Shown: positions 1-10,762, counted from the stretch's first letter. The stretch: DNA of 22,684 nt from Tubiluchus corallicola (GCA_030141605.1 JAQGDQ010001876.1:1-22684); one strand, 5' to 3'. Numbers and translations are program-made. Notes: generated by a model from the sequence alone, not told the origin.

Positions 1-621
1 AATGACGGACAGACAGACAAGACAGATAATCGTATAATTGCTCACTTCGTTTGGGTAACTATAACAAGTGTGGTCAATGAAGTGTCAAGTAACATTTTAA
101 TTTGATTATTTTGAACAGCGGCCTCAGGATCAAATAGATTTAATACAAGGGATGTAAGGAAACAAAATTTTCGGTTTCGGCTTGCCGAGCAATTTGCATT
201 TTTGGTTCTGATTCGGTTCTCAAGGAAATTTCACAGAACTGTTAAGGAAATTTCGGATAATTTTTCGTAGAATTTTTTCCGAGGTTTTATTCAATTTACC
301 TTTCCTTTTCTCCTAGATGTCAAAAACCACTCAAAAATATTGGCTAAAATAGTTCAACTGAAGCGAAAATTGTGTTTACATAACAGCTTGTGACCTGCTT
401 TTACTGGCAATGCGGCATATCTTCAATACTGGCCACTGTGAAGTTATAAAGTCTCCAGACCCAATCAATCGAAATTCACACCACATTTGAATTTCTTTCA
501 GCAAAATTGGTTTTAACTTTATAATTTATGAAATATAGGCAACAAAATATTTACAAAATAAAATTTCTTTATTTTAATTTAGCATTATGATCTTTAAATC
601 GTTAATCCAAACACATTATAA
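1..621 (-). repeat. Inverted copy of 10291-10908 (Helentron-like end, spacer and CAGGGATG-type element)
   Basis: Alignable by eye to the reverse complement of 10291-10908; near-identical over 1-170, more diverged over 171-621. Confidence 0.9.
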
Positions 622-643
622 TGATATCGCGTATATTATTATA

Positions 644-1049
644 CAGGGTGTCCATAAAGTCCAAGTACATGGGGGATTTTACTATTTATTTATTTGTTTT
701 TATTTTTCTCCCAAGAAAGAAAATGGCTTTGTCTAAGGAAGAAAGAATCAATTTGGTACTCTTATGGACGAGAAGGATGGTCTTATCGTAAAACTGCGGA
801 AGAATTAACCTTCCACACCCTAATCGTCAACCTATTTGTTTTACTGCCGTCGGGAAATTGGTCAAGAAGTTTAAAGAAACAGGCAGTACTCCATCGAGTT
901 CTCATGAATTTTGTAAAACGCATCAAATTATGCATTGAAAATGATGGAAATCATGTTGAAAATATTATTTATCAACATCAAAATTGAATAAAATTGTTTT
1001 TTAAAAAGTATTTGTTTTTACTATGTACCCAGACTTTATGGACACCCTG
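644..1049 (+). mobile_element. Internally deleted Tc1/mariner element, copy 1
   Basis: ~27-bp TIRs CAGGGTGTCCATAAAGTC..GTACAT with TA on both sides; frameshifted N-terminus MALSKEERINLVLL...KFKETGS joined to C-terminus HRVLMNFVKRIKLCIENDGNHVENII. Confidence 0.9.
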
Positions 1050-1136
1050 TACATTATAGAATGTCTTTGTGGACTGTGATAAATAGGCTGCGTATTGCAT
1101 ACAAGAATGTGATCAGAAAACTGTTTTGATTAAAAT

Positions 1137-1575
1137 ACGATTGCAGTGCTTCTGACACGTGTGTAAACCTACCTACGATTGCAGTACTTCTGAAATGTGT
1201 GTAAACCTATCTTCGATTGCAAGTGCTTCTGACATGTGAGTAAACCTATCTATGATTGCAGTACTTCTGACATGTGTGTAAACATACCTACGATTGCAGT
1301 ACTTCTGACATGTGTGTAAACCTACCTACAATTGTAGTGCTTCTGACATGTGTATAAACCTATCTACAATTGCAGTGCATCTGACATGTGTGTAAACCTA
1401 TCTACTATTGCAGTGCTTCTGACAACAAACAACAAACAACCGACATGTGTGTAAACCCATCTACGATTGCAGTGCTTCTGGCATGTGTGTGTCTATCTAA
1501 CGATTGCAGTGCTTCTGACATGTGTGTAAACCAGTCCACGATTGCAGTGCTTCTGGCATGTGCGTAAACCTATCT
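1137..1575 (+). repeat. 38-bp minisatellite, ~11 units (ACGATTGCAGTGCTTCTGACATGTGTGTAAACCTATCT)
   Basis: Head-to-tail units with no spacers; one (CAAA)n interruption near 1423-1440. Confidence 0.95.
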
Positions 1576-2565
1576 GCTCTGCTCTGTTCTGTTCTGCTCT
1601 GCTCTGCTCTGCTCTGTTCTGCTCTGTTCTGTTCTGCTCTGCTCTGTTCTGCTCTGCTCTGCTCTGCTCTGCTCTGCTCTGTTCTGCTCTGCTCTGCTCT
1701 GTTATGCTCTGCTCTGCTCTGCTCTGCTCTGCTCTCTCTGCTCTGCTCTGTTCTGCTCTGTTCTGCTCTGTTATGCTCTGCTCTGCTCTGCTCTGTTCTG
1801 TTCTGCTCTGTTCTGCTCTGTTCTGCTCTGCTCTGCTCTGCTCTGCTCTGCTCTGCTCTGCTCTGTTATGCTCTGCTCTGCTCTGCTCTGTTCTGTTCTG
1901 CTCTGCTCTGTTTTGTTCTGCTCTGCTCTGCTCTGTTATGCTCTGTTCTGTTCTGCTCTGCTCTGCTCTGTTATGCTCTGTTCTGCTCTGCTCTGTTCTG
2001 TTCTGCTCTGCTCTGCTCTGCTCTGTTATGCTCTGCTCTGCTCTGTTATGTTCTGCTCTGCTCTGCTCTGCTTTGCTCTGTTATGCTCTGTTCTGTTCTG
2101 CTCTGCTCTGTTATGCTCTGCTCTGCTCTGTTCTGTTCTGCTCTGCTCTGTTATGCTCTGCTCTGCTCTGCTCTGCTTTGCTCTGTTATGCTCTGTTCTG
2201 TTCTGCTCTGCTCTGTTATGCTCTGCTCTGCTCTGCTCTGCTCTGCTTTGCTCTGTTATGCTCTGTTCTGTTATGTTCTGCTCTGCTCTGCTCTGCTTTG
2301 CTCTGCTCTGCTTTGCTCTGTTATGCTCTGTTCTGTTATGTTCTGCTCTGCTCTGCTCTGTTCTGTTCTGCTCTGCTCTGCTCTGCTCTGCTCTGTTATG
2401 CTCTGCTCTGCTCTGCTCTGTTCTGTTCTGCTCTGTTATGCTCTCTTCTGTTCTGCTCTGCTCTGCAATGCTCTGTTCTGTTCTGTTCTGTTCTGCTCTG
2501 CTCTGCTCTGCTCTGCTCTGTTATGCTCTGCTCTGCTCTGCTCTGCTCTGTTCTGCTCTGCTATG
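1574..2565 (+). repeat. ~1-kb pentanucleotide microsatellite (CTCTG)n with TTCTG/TTATG/CTTTG variants
   Basis: Directly visible, about 200 units. Confidence 0.98.
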
Positions 2566-2667
2566 ATTATATTTACCTGCGACTTGTCAGCATCTCTTCC
2601 GATGATTAGCAAATATTAATGGTTTATTATTGTATATTATATAAATATCAGTATCAGAAGTAAGAAA

Positions 2668-2835
2668 GTTTATTAGTTTATCACAATTTTTAAAATAGCA
2701 AAATACATAACTAAGTGATTTATAATTCCGTACAACATACAATAATATTACAAAGTGCAAAAGTGATTATTAATTGGTGGTGAAAGGGTGGCGAAAGAAC
2801 TATGACTTATCGAGGTCGGCCACCCTCTCAGAATT
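2668..2835 (-). mobile_element. Probable 3' UTR end of a CR1/L2-group LINE
   Basis: Stem-loop AGGGTGGC..GCCACCCT (2786-2826) with AATAAA-like signal on the minus strand near 2670; layout resembles the 3' UTR at 3750-3890. Confidence 0.45.
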
Positions 2836-3176
2836 GATACTAATATAATTCATTAATCAAGTAATTAAAAATGATCAGATTTAGCATTTAAGACAATTGC
2901 TGATTAAATTATGATACAAAAGTGTTTGTTTCTAATAGAATAATGTTGAATCACGGGAAAGAGAGGACGATACAAAAGTGACTGTGTTTAAATATTAAGT
3001 CAAACTGGATGAGTACTGAACAGTAACGTTAAGTGAGGCAATAACCTCTATCTTTTTACCTGTGCTTTTGTGTTCAAGCATGTTTTGTTATAAAGCATGT
3101 TTCTCTTTACTGTGCGTAACACTCTTATTTAAGTGGGTGATGTCACTTCACAAATTTGTCAATTTTCTGTTTACAG

Positions 3177-3251
3177 ACATCGGATTGAAGAAGCTTACTC
3201 TCTCTCATTAGCCAAGCTAGCGAAAACTGCAGCAAACTCCAGTTGCATTGG
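3177..3251 (+). CDS. FCHO2: FCHO F-BAR exon A (75 nt): HRIEEAYSLSLAKLAKTAANSSCIG
   Basis: ttttctgtttacag acceptor, gtaagt donor, phase 2/2; matches the IEEAYSRSMTKLAK motif. Confidence 0.92.
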
Positions 3252-3375
3252 GTAAGTAAATACAGGATGGGCGCAAAAAAGTGAACCATTTTGAAACTGG
3301 CATTGATCCTAGAATTTTATCCATCTTGTATATAAATTTAACAGGGTAAAGCAGAAACTTGTTAGCAGTTACCTG

Positions 3376-3890
3376 ATATTTTTTTATATGTATCAATATC
3401 ATAATTTACTACTTCCACCAGCGTTTCAGTCATACTTTAGTTCAGTTTCAAATCAACGTGATCATTACGCAAGATATTCAGTCGGAAACTATGTACTCCC
3501 CCTTCCAAAAACAAACATAATGGAACAGTCATCAAAATATAATGCTATTAAAATATGGTCATCAATTCCGCGTGAAATGAAAACTCTTAATCTTTATCAA
3601 TTTAAAAAAGCATCAAAGAATTACCTACTACAACTATATAATTAACTCACAATTTTCCTCATCCTGATCTTAAGTTACTAACAAAACTTATTTTGTTCTA
3701 ATGTGCGTTATAACTGATGAAAATGCAATGTTAATTGTCAATTGTTTCACTTATCTGGAGGAGGACTCGAAAGCTCAATGCTCCTTCCCCCTCCTCACAG
3801 TAACTCGCTTAGTTTATTTATTTTTTTCAATGTTATATCAATTTATATGTATGTTTGTGTTGCTGTGGAATAAATTCATGATAATTCATG
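3376..3890 (+). mobile_element. 5'-truncated CR1/L2-group (Crack-like) LINE: ORF2 C-terminus and 3' UTR
   Basis: FMYQYHNLLLPPAFQSYF...YVLPLPKTN...KYNAIKIWSSIP...FKKASKNYLL* is the typical post-RT tail; followed by a GAGGAGG..CCTCCTC stem-loop and AATAAA at ~3869. Confidence 0.85.
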
Positions 3891-3945
3891 GTATTTTTTG
3901 CTAAGAAAGTCGAATAGTAAATATTTTATACCTCATATCGCCGTC

Positions 3946-3996
3946 AAATGAAAATGAAATAAAATGAAATAAAAAAATGAAATGAAAATGAAAAAA
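3946..3996 (+). repeat. (AAATG)n-like low-complexity tract
   Basis: aaatgaaaatgaaataaaatgaaat... Confidence 0.75.
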
Positions 3997-6505
3997 GTAG
4001 GTGTTAGGATTATTGTATTTCCTTTGTTTTGTTGATATTGTCTTTGCTGTGTTGATATTGGTACTGTTGTATTGTGAACGTTGGTCAGTGCAGGTCTCGA
4101 TTGTTATTTCAGATTATTCTACAGCAAAAAGTCAACTGTTTCTATGATTTTGTAGCACTTTGGTCTGCATTGACCAAAGATAATAGAATTGTTTGTCTCT
4201 GGCCGAAGTAAACAACACCAGTCATACATACTCGATAAATCACAGATGTTCTGTGTAAACTGCTCGAAGTGTCCTAGAAATTCCTGCAGTACTTATTGAC
4301 ATTGTGATATTTAGAAGAAATAAATAACTTCGCCTGAAGTCCTCGTTTATATGTCAGTAAACTTTGACTGCTTTTTCTGCCAGTTTCACTGGGAACAGTC
4401 CAGACTCACTTCCCCATTCTTCGTGCAGATTTGTAGGATGCGATTTGCTATTTCCTGCTACGCGAATCGTAGCACGTTGTTGTGAATGATTAGTAAGGTC
4501 ACGTGACCCCATTCATACATTTTGCTCATTCATAAATACAAATTGTTGACCCGAATTTCGTTTAAGTTTAGCTTTAGGGAACCACTATAGAATGGAACTA
4601 TTTTTGCTTAGCTTTTGTCTTCTCATTTTAACAAGCCTTGAACCCGCGACAGAACGCGCTGTCTGCTACTGTGTAAACAGATGAAAAATATTTCAAGGTT
4701 GTTGTGGCATTCTGTGTAAATGACCACACAGCACTGATCACATTTGCGTAGCCACTGTTTGTTTGAGTTTCTTGTGTTCTTCCTGTTGTAGCAAGAATGT
4801 ACTCGGAAGAAATCTTTCTTTCTCAGAATTCTTTCACTGTTACTGAAAACATCAAAACAGCCATTGGCAACACATACTTCGTTGCATTTTCTCTGTGAAC
4901 TGTCTCTGGAAGAAACCTGGCAAAATATTTTCCCAGTTGCATGAAAACTACTTCATTGTTTTCCCAGTTGCATGAAAATTAATTCATTGTAATAGATTTT
5001 GTCATCATAAAACCTCGGTATAATTACAAATGTTGAAACAAAGACAAGGGGGCAAGTACAGCGATTGACAGCACGTTTGACCCGTGGAATATGTTTTGTC
5101 AAAACGTTGAGGAATTGTACAGTAGCTGAAGGTTTTCTGATATGAACTGTACAAATTCCTGAACATTCCTGACAAAAAATACTCCATGGGTTGAGTTTGA
5201 TGTCAATTATCTTCCTTGTTTTACTGCTTCTAATTCATGTAAAAAAATAGCAATGTAATGAAAACTCGGACATGTATAAAATTAAAGACTTATTGGCAAA
5301 TTTTTGCATTTTTAATGAGCGACATTTTTATTCCCGAAAAGAGGTTTCGACTAACGTTTGGGAAAATGAACTAATTGTTTGTTGTAAAATCATGCGATCG
5401 AGTTGTTAAAAAATAGACGAGCAAAATTTTTAAGTTTTTATTTTAACGAGCGTCTAACTTCTGCTGAAAAATGAAAATTTGGTACTTTGTCGTCTATACG
5501 ATTAAGTCTCTAACTACATAAAAATGTTGAAATTAAAGACGCCGAATGAAATAAAATATTCAACTTTATCCAAAAAGCAAATTTTATTTTTCTGGTAAAA
5601 CTGCAGAAGATCTCGTTACATTGTCAGTCTAGTGTGCGTATGCTCAGCTTTCGTTTTCCATGGAAGAAAGTGTATTTCACTCCGAACTTGAAGTGTTTTA
5701 TCTCTGATGCAAGAGCAGTCCGAATCAGTGAATTGATTGTTTGCAGTAAAGACCTGATTCATGTCTGAAAGTAAACGACTCTTGCCTCTTGTTCCTGCTG
5801 TTTTAATTACGAGAGTCTGAGATGAATAGATATGAAATAGCATCTTTTGCGAGGCGATATACTTCCCTTTGCTTTGCAGTCCTTACATAGAATGCATTCC
5901 TACATGGTCAACTTTGACACCCAGTTTCTGGATCTGCCATTTTTATAGCTTTGACTTTCTGAATTACCTCTTAAAGTCTTTGCTTTTTCATGCTGATGCT
6001 ATTTTATTGGCTCATTCACGTATTTCGGTGCATTGGAGACTTGAAGCGCTTCCGAAAATCTGAATGCTATTTGCTTCTTCTGTCTGTAAATTACGGAGCT
6101 CTTTTAAGTCTTCTCATCCGACTTGCAGAGGCTGTTGCTAGTGTCAGCAGCAGCGACAACAACACTGACGACAGTGACGTCGATATAACAATATAACCAA
6201 AAGGTTGTTCAATTCAATTCAGTTCAAATTTTTATTTCGATACCAAAGACCATATAAAATACAAATACAGTACTCAAATGAAATAAAAATTACAAGAGTA
6301 AATACATATACAGGGTTAGTAATTTAGTAACAATTTTAGAGGCTAATTATGTAATAATTTGTTCCATTTCACAAAAAAAAAGATTTGGCAAGTTTATGTG
6401 AGTTAATAATAGCAGTTATAATACTATTGCCAGTGTAAGTAGTGACCTATTTTGAACGATATAACATGATCTGCTGTGAATATGACTAAAATCTGGTAGA
6501 GATAC

Positions 6506-7283
6506 ACAGAAGTACTGCAATCGTAGCTAGGTTTACACACATGCCAGAGGCACTGTAATCGTAGATAGGTTTACGCACATGCCAGAGGCACTGTAATCGT
6601 AGATAGGTTTACGCACATGCCAGAAGCACTGCAATCGTAGATAGGTTTACGCACATGCCAGAAGCACTGCAATCGTAGATAGGTTTACGCACATGCCAGA
6701 AGCACTGTAATCGTAGATAGGTTTACACACATGTCAGAAGCACTGCAATCGTAGATAGGCTTACACACATGCCAGAAGCACTGCAATCGTAGATAGGTTT
6801 ACGCACATGCCAGAAGCACTGCAATCGTACAGGTTTACACACATGTCAGAAGCACTGCAATCGTAGATAGGCTTACACACATGCCAGAAGCACTGCAATC
6901 GTAGATAGGCTTACACACATGCCAGAAGCACTGCAATCGTAGATAGGTTTACACACATGCCAGAAGCACTGCAATCGTAGACAGGTTTACACACATGTCA
7001 GAAGCACTGCAATCGTAGATAGGTTTACACACATGTCAGAAGCACTGCAATCGTAGATAGGCTTACACACATGTCAGAAGCACTGCAATCGTAGATAGGC
7101 TTACGCACATGCCAGAAGCACTGCAATCGTAGATAGGTTTACGCACATGCCAGAAGCACTGTAATCGTAGATAGGTTTACGCACATGCCAGAAGCACTGC
7201 AATCGTAGATAGGTTTACACACATGCCAGAAGCACTGCAATCGTAGATAGGCTTACACACATGCCAGAAGCACTGCAATCGTA
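6506..7283 (-). repeat. 38-bp minisatellite, ~20 units; reverse complement of the 1137-1575 array
   Basis: ATGCCAGAAGCACTGCAATCGTAGATAGGTTTACRCAC repeated head-to-tail. Confidence 0.96.
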
Positions 7284-7369
7284 CTTTAAGCAAAACAGTT
7301 TTCTGATACCATTGTTGTATGCAATACGCAGCCTATTTATCACAGTCCACAAAGACATTCTATAATGTA

Positions 7370-7807
7370 CAGGGTGTCCATAAAGTCTGGCTACATAGTA
7401 AAAACAAATACTTTATAAAAAACAATTTTATTGAATTTCGATGTTGATAAATAATATTTTCAACATGATTTCCATCATTTTCACTGCATAATTTGATGCG
7501 TTTTACAAAATTCATGTGAACTCGATGGAATAGATCCACATTGCCGTCGATTTCAGCACACTGCCTGTTTCTTTAAACTTCTTGACCAATTTCCCAACGG
7601 CAGTAAAACAAATAGGTTGACGATTACGGTGTGGAAGGTTAAATTCTTCCGCAATTTTACGATAACACCATCCTTCTCCTCCACTTAAGAGTACCAAATC
7701 GATTCTTTCTTCCTTAGACAAAGCCATTTTCTTTCTTGGGAGAAAAAATAAAAACAAATAAATAAATAGTAAAATCCCCCATGTACCCAGACTTTATGGA
7801 CACCCTG
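7370..7807 (-). mobile_element. Internally deleted Tc1/mariner element, copy 2
   Basis: Same TIRs and TA flanks as copy 1; ORF 7512..7757 contains MALSKEERIDLVLL...YRKIAEEFN...KLVKKFKETGSV (DUF4817-like HTH, by recall). Confidence 0.9.
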
Positions 7808-7969
7808 TATAATAATATACGCGATATCATTATAATATACGCTTGGCTTTTCTTACTAAAGCAGTTTCTCTCGTTCAACATTTTAATTTCATTAGCTTAC
7901 GTATCCCTAAAGGTCATAATTTGGCCCTTGGCGATGCTTCGATGAAATTCAAAATTTTTTTCCGTTTAG

Positions 7970-8111
7970 GACGTTCGCTCCAGTTTGGCAAATACTGAAG
8001 AGCTGCAGTGATAAGTTGTCCAGTCTGCACATGGACATGGTCCACAAATACCAAGACCTGCAGAAAGAGTTGCAGAAGTACAACGATGAACAGCACAAGA
8101 AATATAAAACT
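7970..8111 (+). CDS. FCHO2: FCHO F-BAR exon B (142 nt): TFAPVWQILKSCSDKL...QHKKYKT
   Basis: ttttttccgtttag acceptor, gtatgt donor, phase 2/0; GTFAPVW motif. Confidence 0.94.
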
Positions 8112-8249
8112 GTATGTATGCTGTAAATTTCTTAACTATGTTCATCATAGATATATAATTATATATATATATGTGTGTAGTCTGTAATGTAAATGTGTGT
8201 TGCTTTGAAGTCTAAAGATTTTTTAAGATTTTTTTGAAAATGCAAAGTA

Positions 8250-8552
8250 CACTCACATCTTGGTTTGCCGGACCTCACTTTTATGGATATCGGAAAATTT
8301 CGACAATATCTGGTCCGTTAAAAAGTCCCGCATACTACGGACACAGTCCGCTTTGCGCTGACCGCTAGTTGGAGGGCCGTCACTTTGTTTACATCCAAGC
8401 AGCGCGTAACATGCGTAGCTTGTATGTCAGCGTGTTCAAGTAGTTTAGAGTCTAACACAGCGCCTACTATAGTAGCTTTGTATCGAAAATACGGACAATC
8501 TTCAAATTCGGATCAATGTCTCCCCACTTTTGACCGGCAAACTGAGATGTGA
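8250..8552 (+). mobile_element. TA-flanked MITE (TIR CACTCACATCTYGGTTTGCCGG), copy 1, right end eroded
   Basis: Left TIR follows TA; right end CCGGCAAACTGAGATGTGA; body matches 12501-12868 in reverse. Confidence 0.8.
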
Positions 8553-9330
8553 CTAAATCCGTCTAAAATAACTTTAAATGTTTTCCTATGATGGTAAAAT
8601 ATTTGCTCTAACCCGCAAGATTCTCATTCCGTCTCTGTAACGTCTTCACTTCTTGTTATCTCCTCTGTTTTCAATAGCATCGTTACTAACGACATTGAAG
8701 CTTAATACAAAACTGCAGGTCAAAACAATCCGCTCTTTGAAATATTGAAAATAGAACACGCGTTTTTTTCAAAAATGACTTACGTGAAAGAATTATTACC
8801 ACACATTATTACCACACAAACACAGTTTCATGTTCGCAGCACTAGTTCTTTGCTGTTACCAGCATTTTGCAATTGGCTAATTAGACGGACACAGTTAGAT
8901 GTGTTAGTTTGTGAAGAACTACACACGTTCGACAGCTCATGCGTGAGCACAGTGGTGAATTTGAAAATTGAATTTTTATCTTAAATCTTACCTAGTTTTA
9001 GTACAAAACACTGTATATCTTACATCAGCGCTGTACTTCAATTTTCGCTTTCACAAACACGTGCAACACGCTCGTGGAATATTTATGCTGTTCAAAATTA
9101 TGTTAGTTTGTGATGTCATCGACAGTTTGGCTCATCCGCCATTAATTATAATTTTAATCTATTATTTAATTATCAGCATTAGTTGTGTTAAAATGTATAC
9201 TTTTTATCGGACATGAGAATAGGGTAGTGTGTGAAAAATCATCCTGTCTTGCTTTAACGTCGCACAAACTGCAACGGGTAACTCGTTTTCGTCCGTGTCT
9301 CTGCATAAGTTGATAAATGTTTGTGTTTAG

Positions 9331-9402
9331 ATTAAAGAACAAGAATCGGGAACACTTGAAGTGGTACAGTTGGTTCAGCAAACTATGCAAAATTTGCAAA
9401 AG
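9331..9402 (+). CDS. FCHO2: FCHO F-BAR exon C (72 nt): IKEQESGTLEVVQLVQQTMQNLQK
   Basis: tgtgtttag acceptor, AAG/gtacgt donor, phase 0/0; cf. recalled TKEEVAGTLEAVQ...ALQK. Confidence 0.9.
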
Positions 9403-9459
9403 GTACGTCATTGACACTGAAATCGCTAAACTTCAATTATATCGTGCTCATATCTAGAT

Positions 9460-9894
9460 CAGGGGTGTGCAAACTGCGGCCCGCGGGCCACTTGCGGCCA
9501 GCCGAGAAATCTTGTACGACCCGCGAAGAGGTTTGTCAACGTAATGAAAGTGCGGCCCACGTGATCCAGCTGAAGTCTGCGCCAATATCGCAAAGATAGT
9601 GCGGGTAGTTTTCTACCTCTAGATCGGATGGCATTAACCCTTACAAGACCGTTGTCACTTAATGTCACTGTCGGACATGACGAAATATTTGGTTTTTAAT
9701 ATAAATTTTAATAACTTCTAAAATAATTTCTTGAGTGCAGTAGTGCAGTAGTAATGATGTACGCAAATCGGATGCAAAAAAAATCATTATTAGGTCCTAC
9801 TGTACTTGGCTAGTTGACCAAACTGCATGTGGCCCACAGGAATTGCGGGAATGTTTAATGTGGCCCGGCTAGTCAGATAATTTGCACACCCCTG
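9460..9894 (+). mobile_element. hAT (Charlie-like) MITE
   Basis: Perfect 14-bp TIR CAGGGGTGTGCAAA; subterminal GCGGCCC repeats; degenerate 8-bp TSD atctagat/gcgtagat. Confidence 0.85.
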
Positions 9895-10290
9895 GCGTAG
9901 ATGGTGCGTTTTACTTTTAGATGTCCAGCTGTTGGACAGAAAACGTTTACATGGTGCCTGTGCATATTGGCTAGCCACATAAATGATAATTTCAGTGAGA
10001 AAAGGGAACTTTATGAGCGGGAATGTTCCCGAAACTGAATTTACAAATTGAAATCGGAACCGAAATCTATGAAACACGGGAAACCGAAGAGAAATCATTT
10101 TTGCAAAACCGACTAGTATTAAAGCTGAAAAGGGAAAATTTTAAAATTTTAAGTAAAATATTTTGTTTAATTTTTTTTTGCTTTTATTTGCTGTGAAATT
10201 ACTCGTGAAAAATTTTAATACAAATAGGACAAGGAAGTTTCATTGTATAGAACTTCAAGTTTGATTGAGTTGTTTACAGTAGAAAGCGTG

Positions 10291-10762
10291 TTATAATGTG
10301 TTTGGATTAACGTTTAAAGATCATAATGCTTCATTGAAATAAAGAAATTTTATTTTGTAAATATTTTGTTGCCCATATTTCATAAATTATAAAATTAAAA
10401 ACGATTTTGCTCAAAGAAATTCAAACTTGGTTTGATATTTCGATTGATTGGGCCTGGAAACCCTAAAAATTCACAGTGGTCAGCATTGAAGATGTGCCGC
10501 ATTGCCAGTAAAAGCTCGTCACAAACTGTTATGTAAGCAGAATTTTCGCTTTGTTTGAACTATTTTAGCCAAGATTTTCTTACCGTTTTTTATCATCTAG
10601 GAGAAAGGGAAAGGTAGATTGGATAAAACCTCGGAAAAATTCTACGAAAAATTATCCGAAATTTCCGCTTTAACAGTTCATAAATTTCGCCGAAACCGAA
10701 TCAGAACCAAAAATGCAATTATCGGCAAACCGAAACAAAAATTTTGTTTCCTTACATCCCTT
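10291..10762 (-). mobile_element. Non-autonomous DNA element with a CA(A)GGGATG terminus; family also at 146-621 and 17787-18250
   Basis: Shared blocks CTCCTAGATG..TTGGCTAAAATAGTTCAA, GGCAATGCGGCAYATCTTCA and TTTATAATTTATGAAATATRGGCAACAAAATAT in all three copies. Confidence 0.75.

Larger units (their letters stand above)
615..1575 (+). mobile_element. Duplicated LINE ORF2 3' fragment carrying the nested mariner and 38-bp array (inverted copy of part of 6506-7836)
   Basis: 1062 onward reads MSLWTVINRLRIAYKNVIRKLF*LKYDCSAS; mariner flanks are the same as in the copy at 7370-7807. Confidence 0.75.
6208..7836 (-). mobile_element. 5'-truncated non-LTR retrotransposon (RTE-X/Proto2-like, clade uncertain), interrupted by a mariner and the 38-bp array
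   Basis: Minus strand reads AYIIIHYRMSLWTVINRLRIAYNNGIRKLFCLKYDCSASGMCV [array] SLPDFSHIH...TGNSIITAIINS...KWNKLLHN* with frameshifts (stop at 6343-6345), then AATAAA and a (TTGAA)n tail at 6208-6236. Confidence 0.8.

Noticed and set aside
1522-2619. Three long Cys/Ser/Ala/Leu-rich ORFs (365, 355, 232 aa)
   Set aside because: Translations of (CTCTG)n, which lacks stop codons in every + frame; intronic artefact.
6506-7283. CRISPR-like array of ~38-bp repeats (also 1137-1575)
   Set aside because: Units are contiguous with no unique spacers, there are no cas genes, the context is a eukaryotic intron, and the unit is explained by a LINE ORF.
9411-10098. Short ORFs on both strands
   Set aside because: They overlap the hAT MITE and an adjacent repeat; no recognisable protein motifs or splice support.
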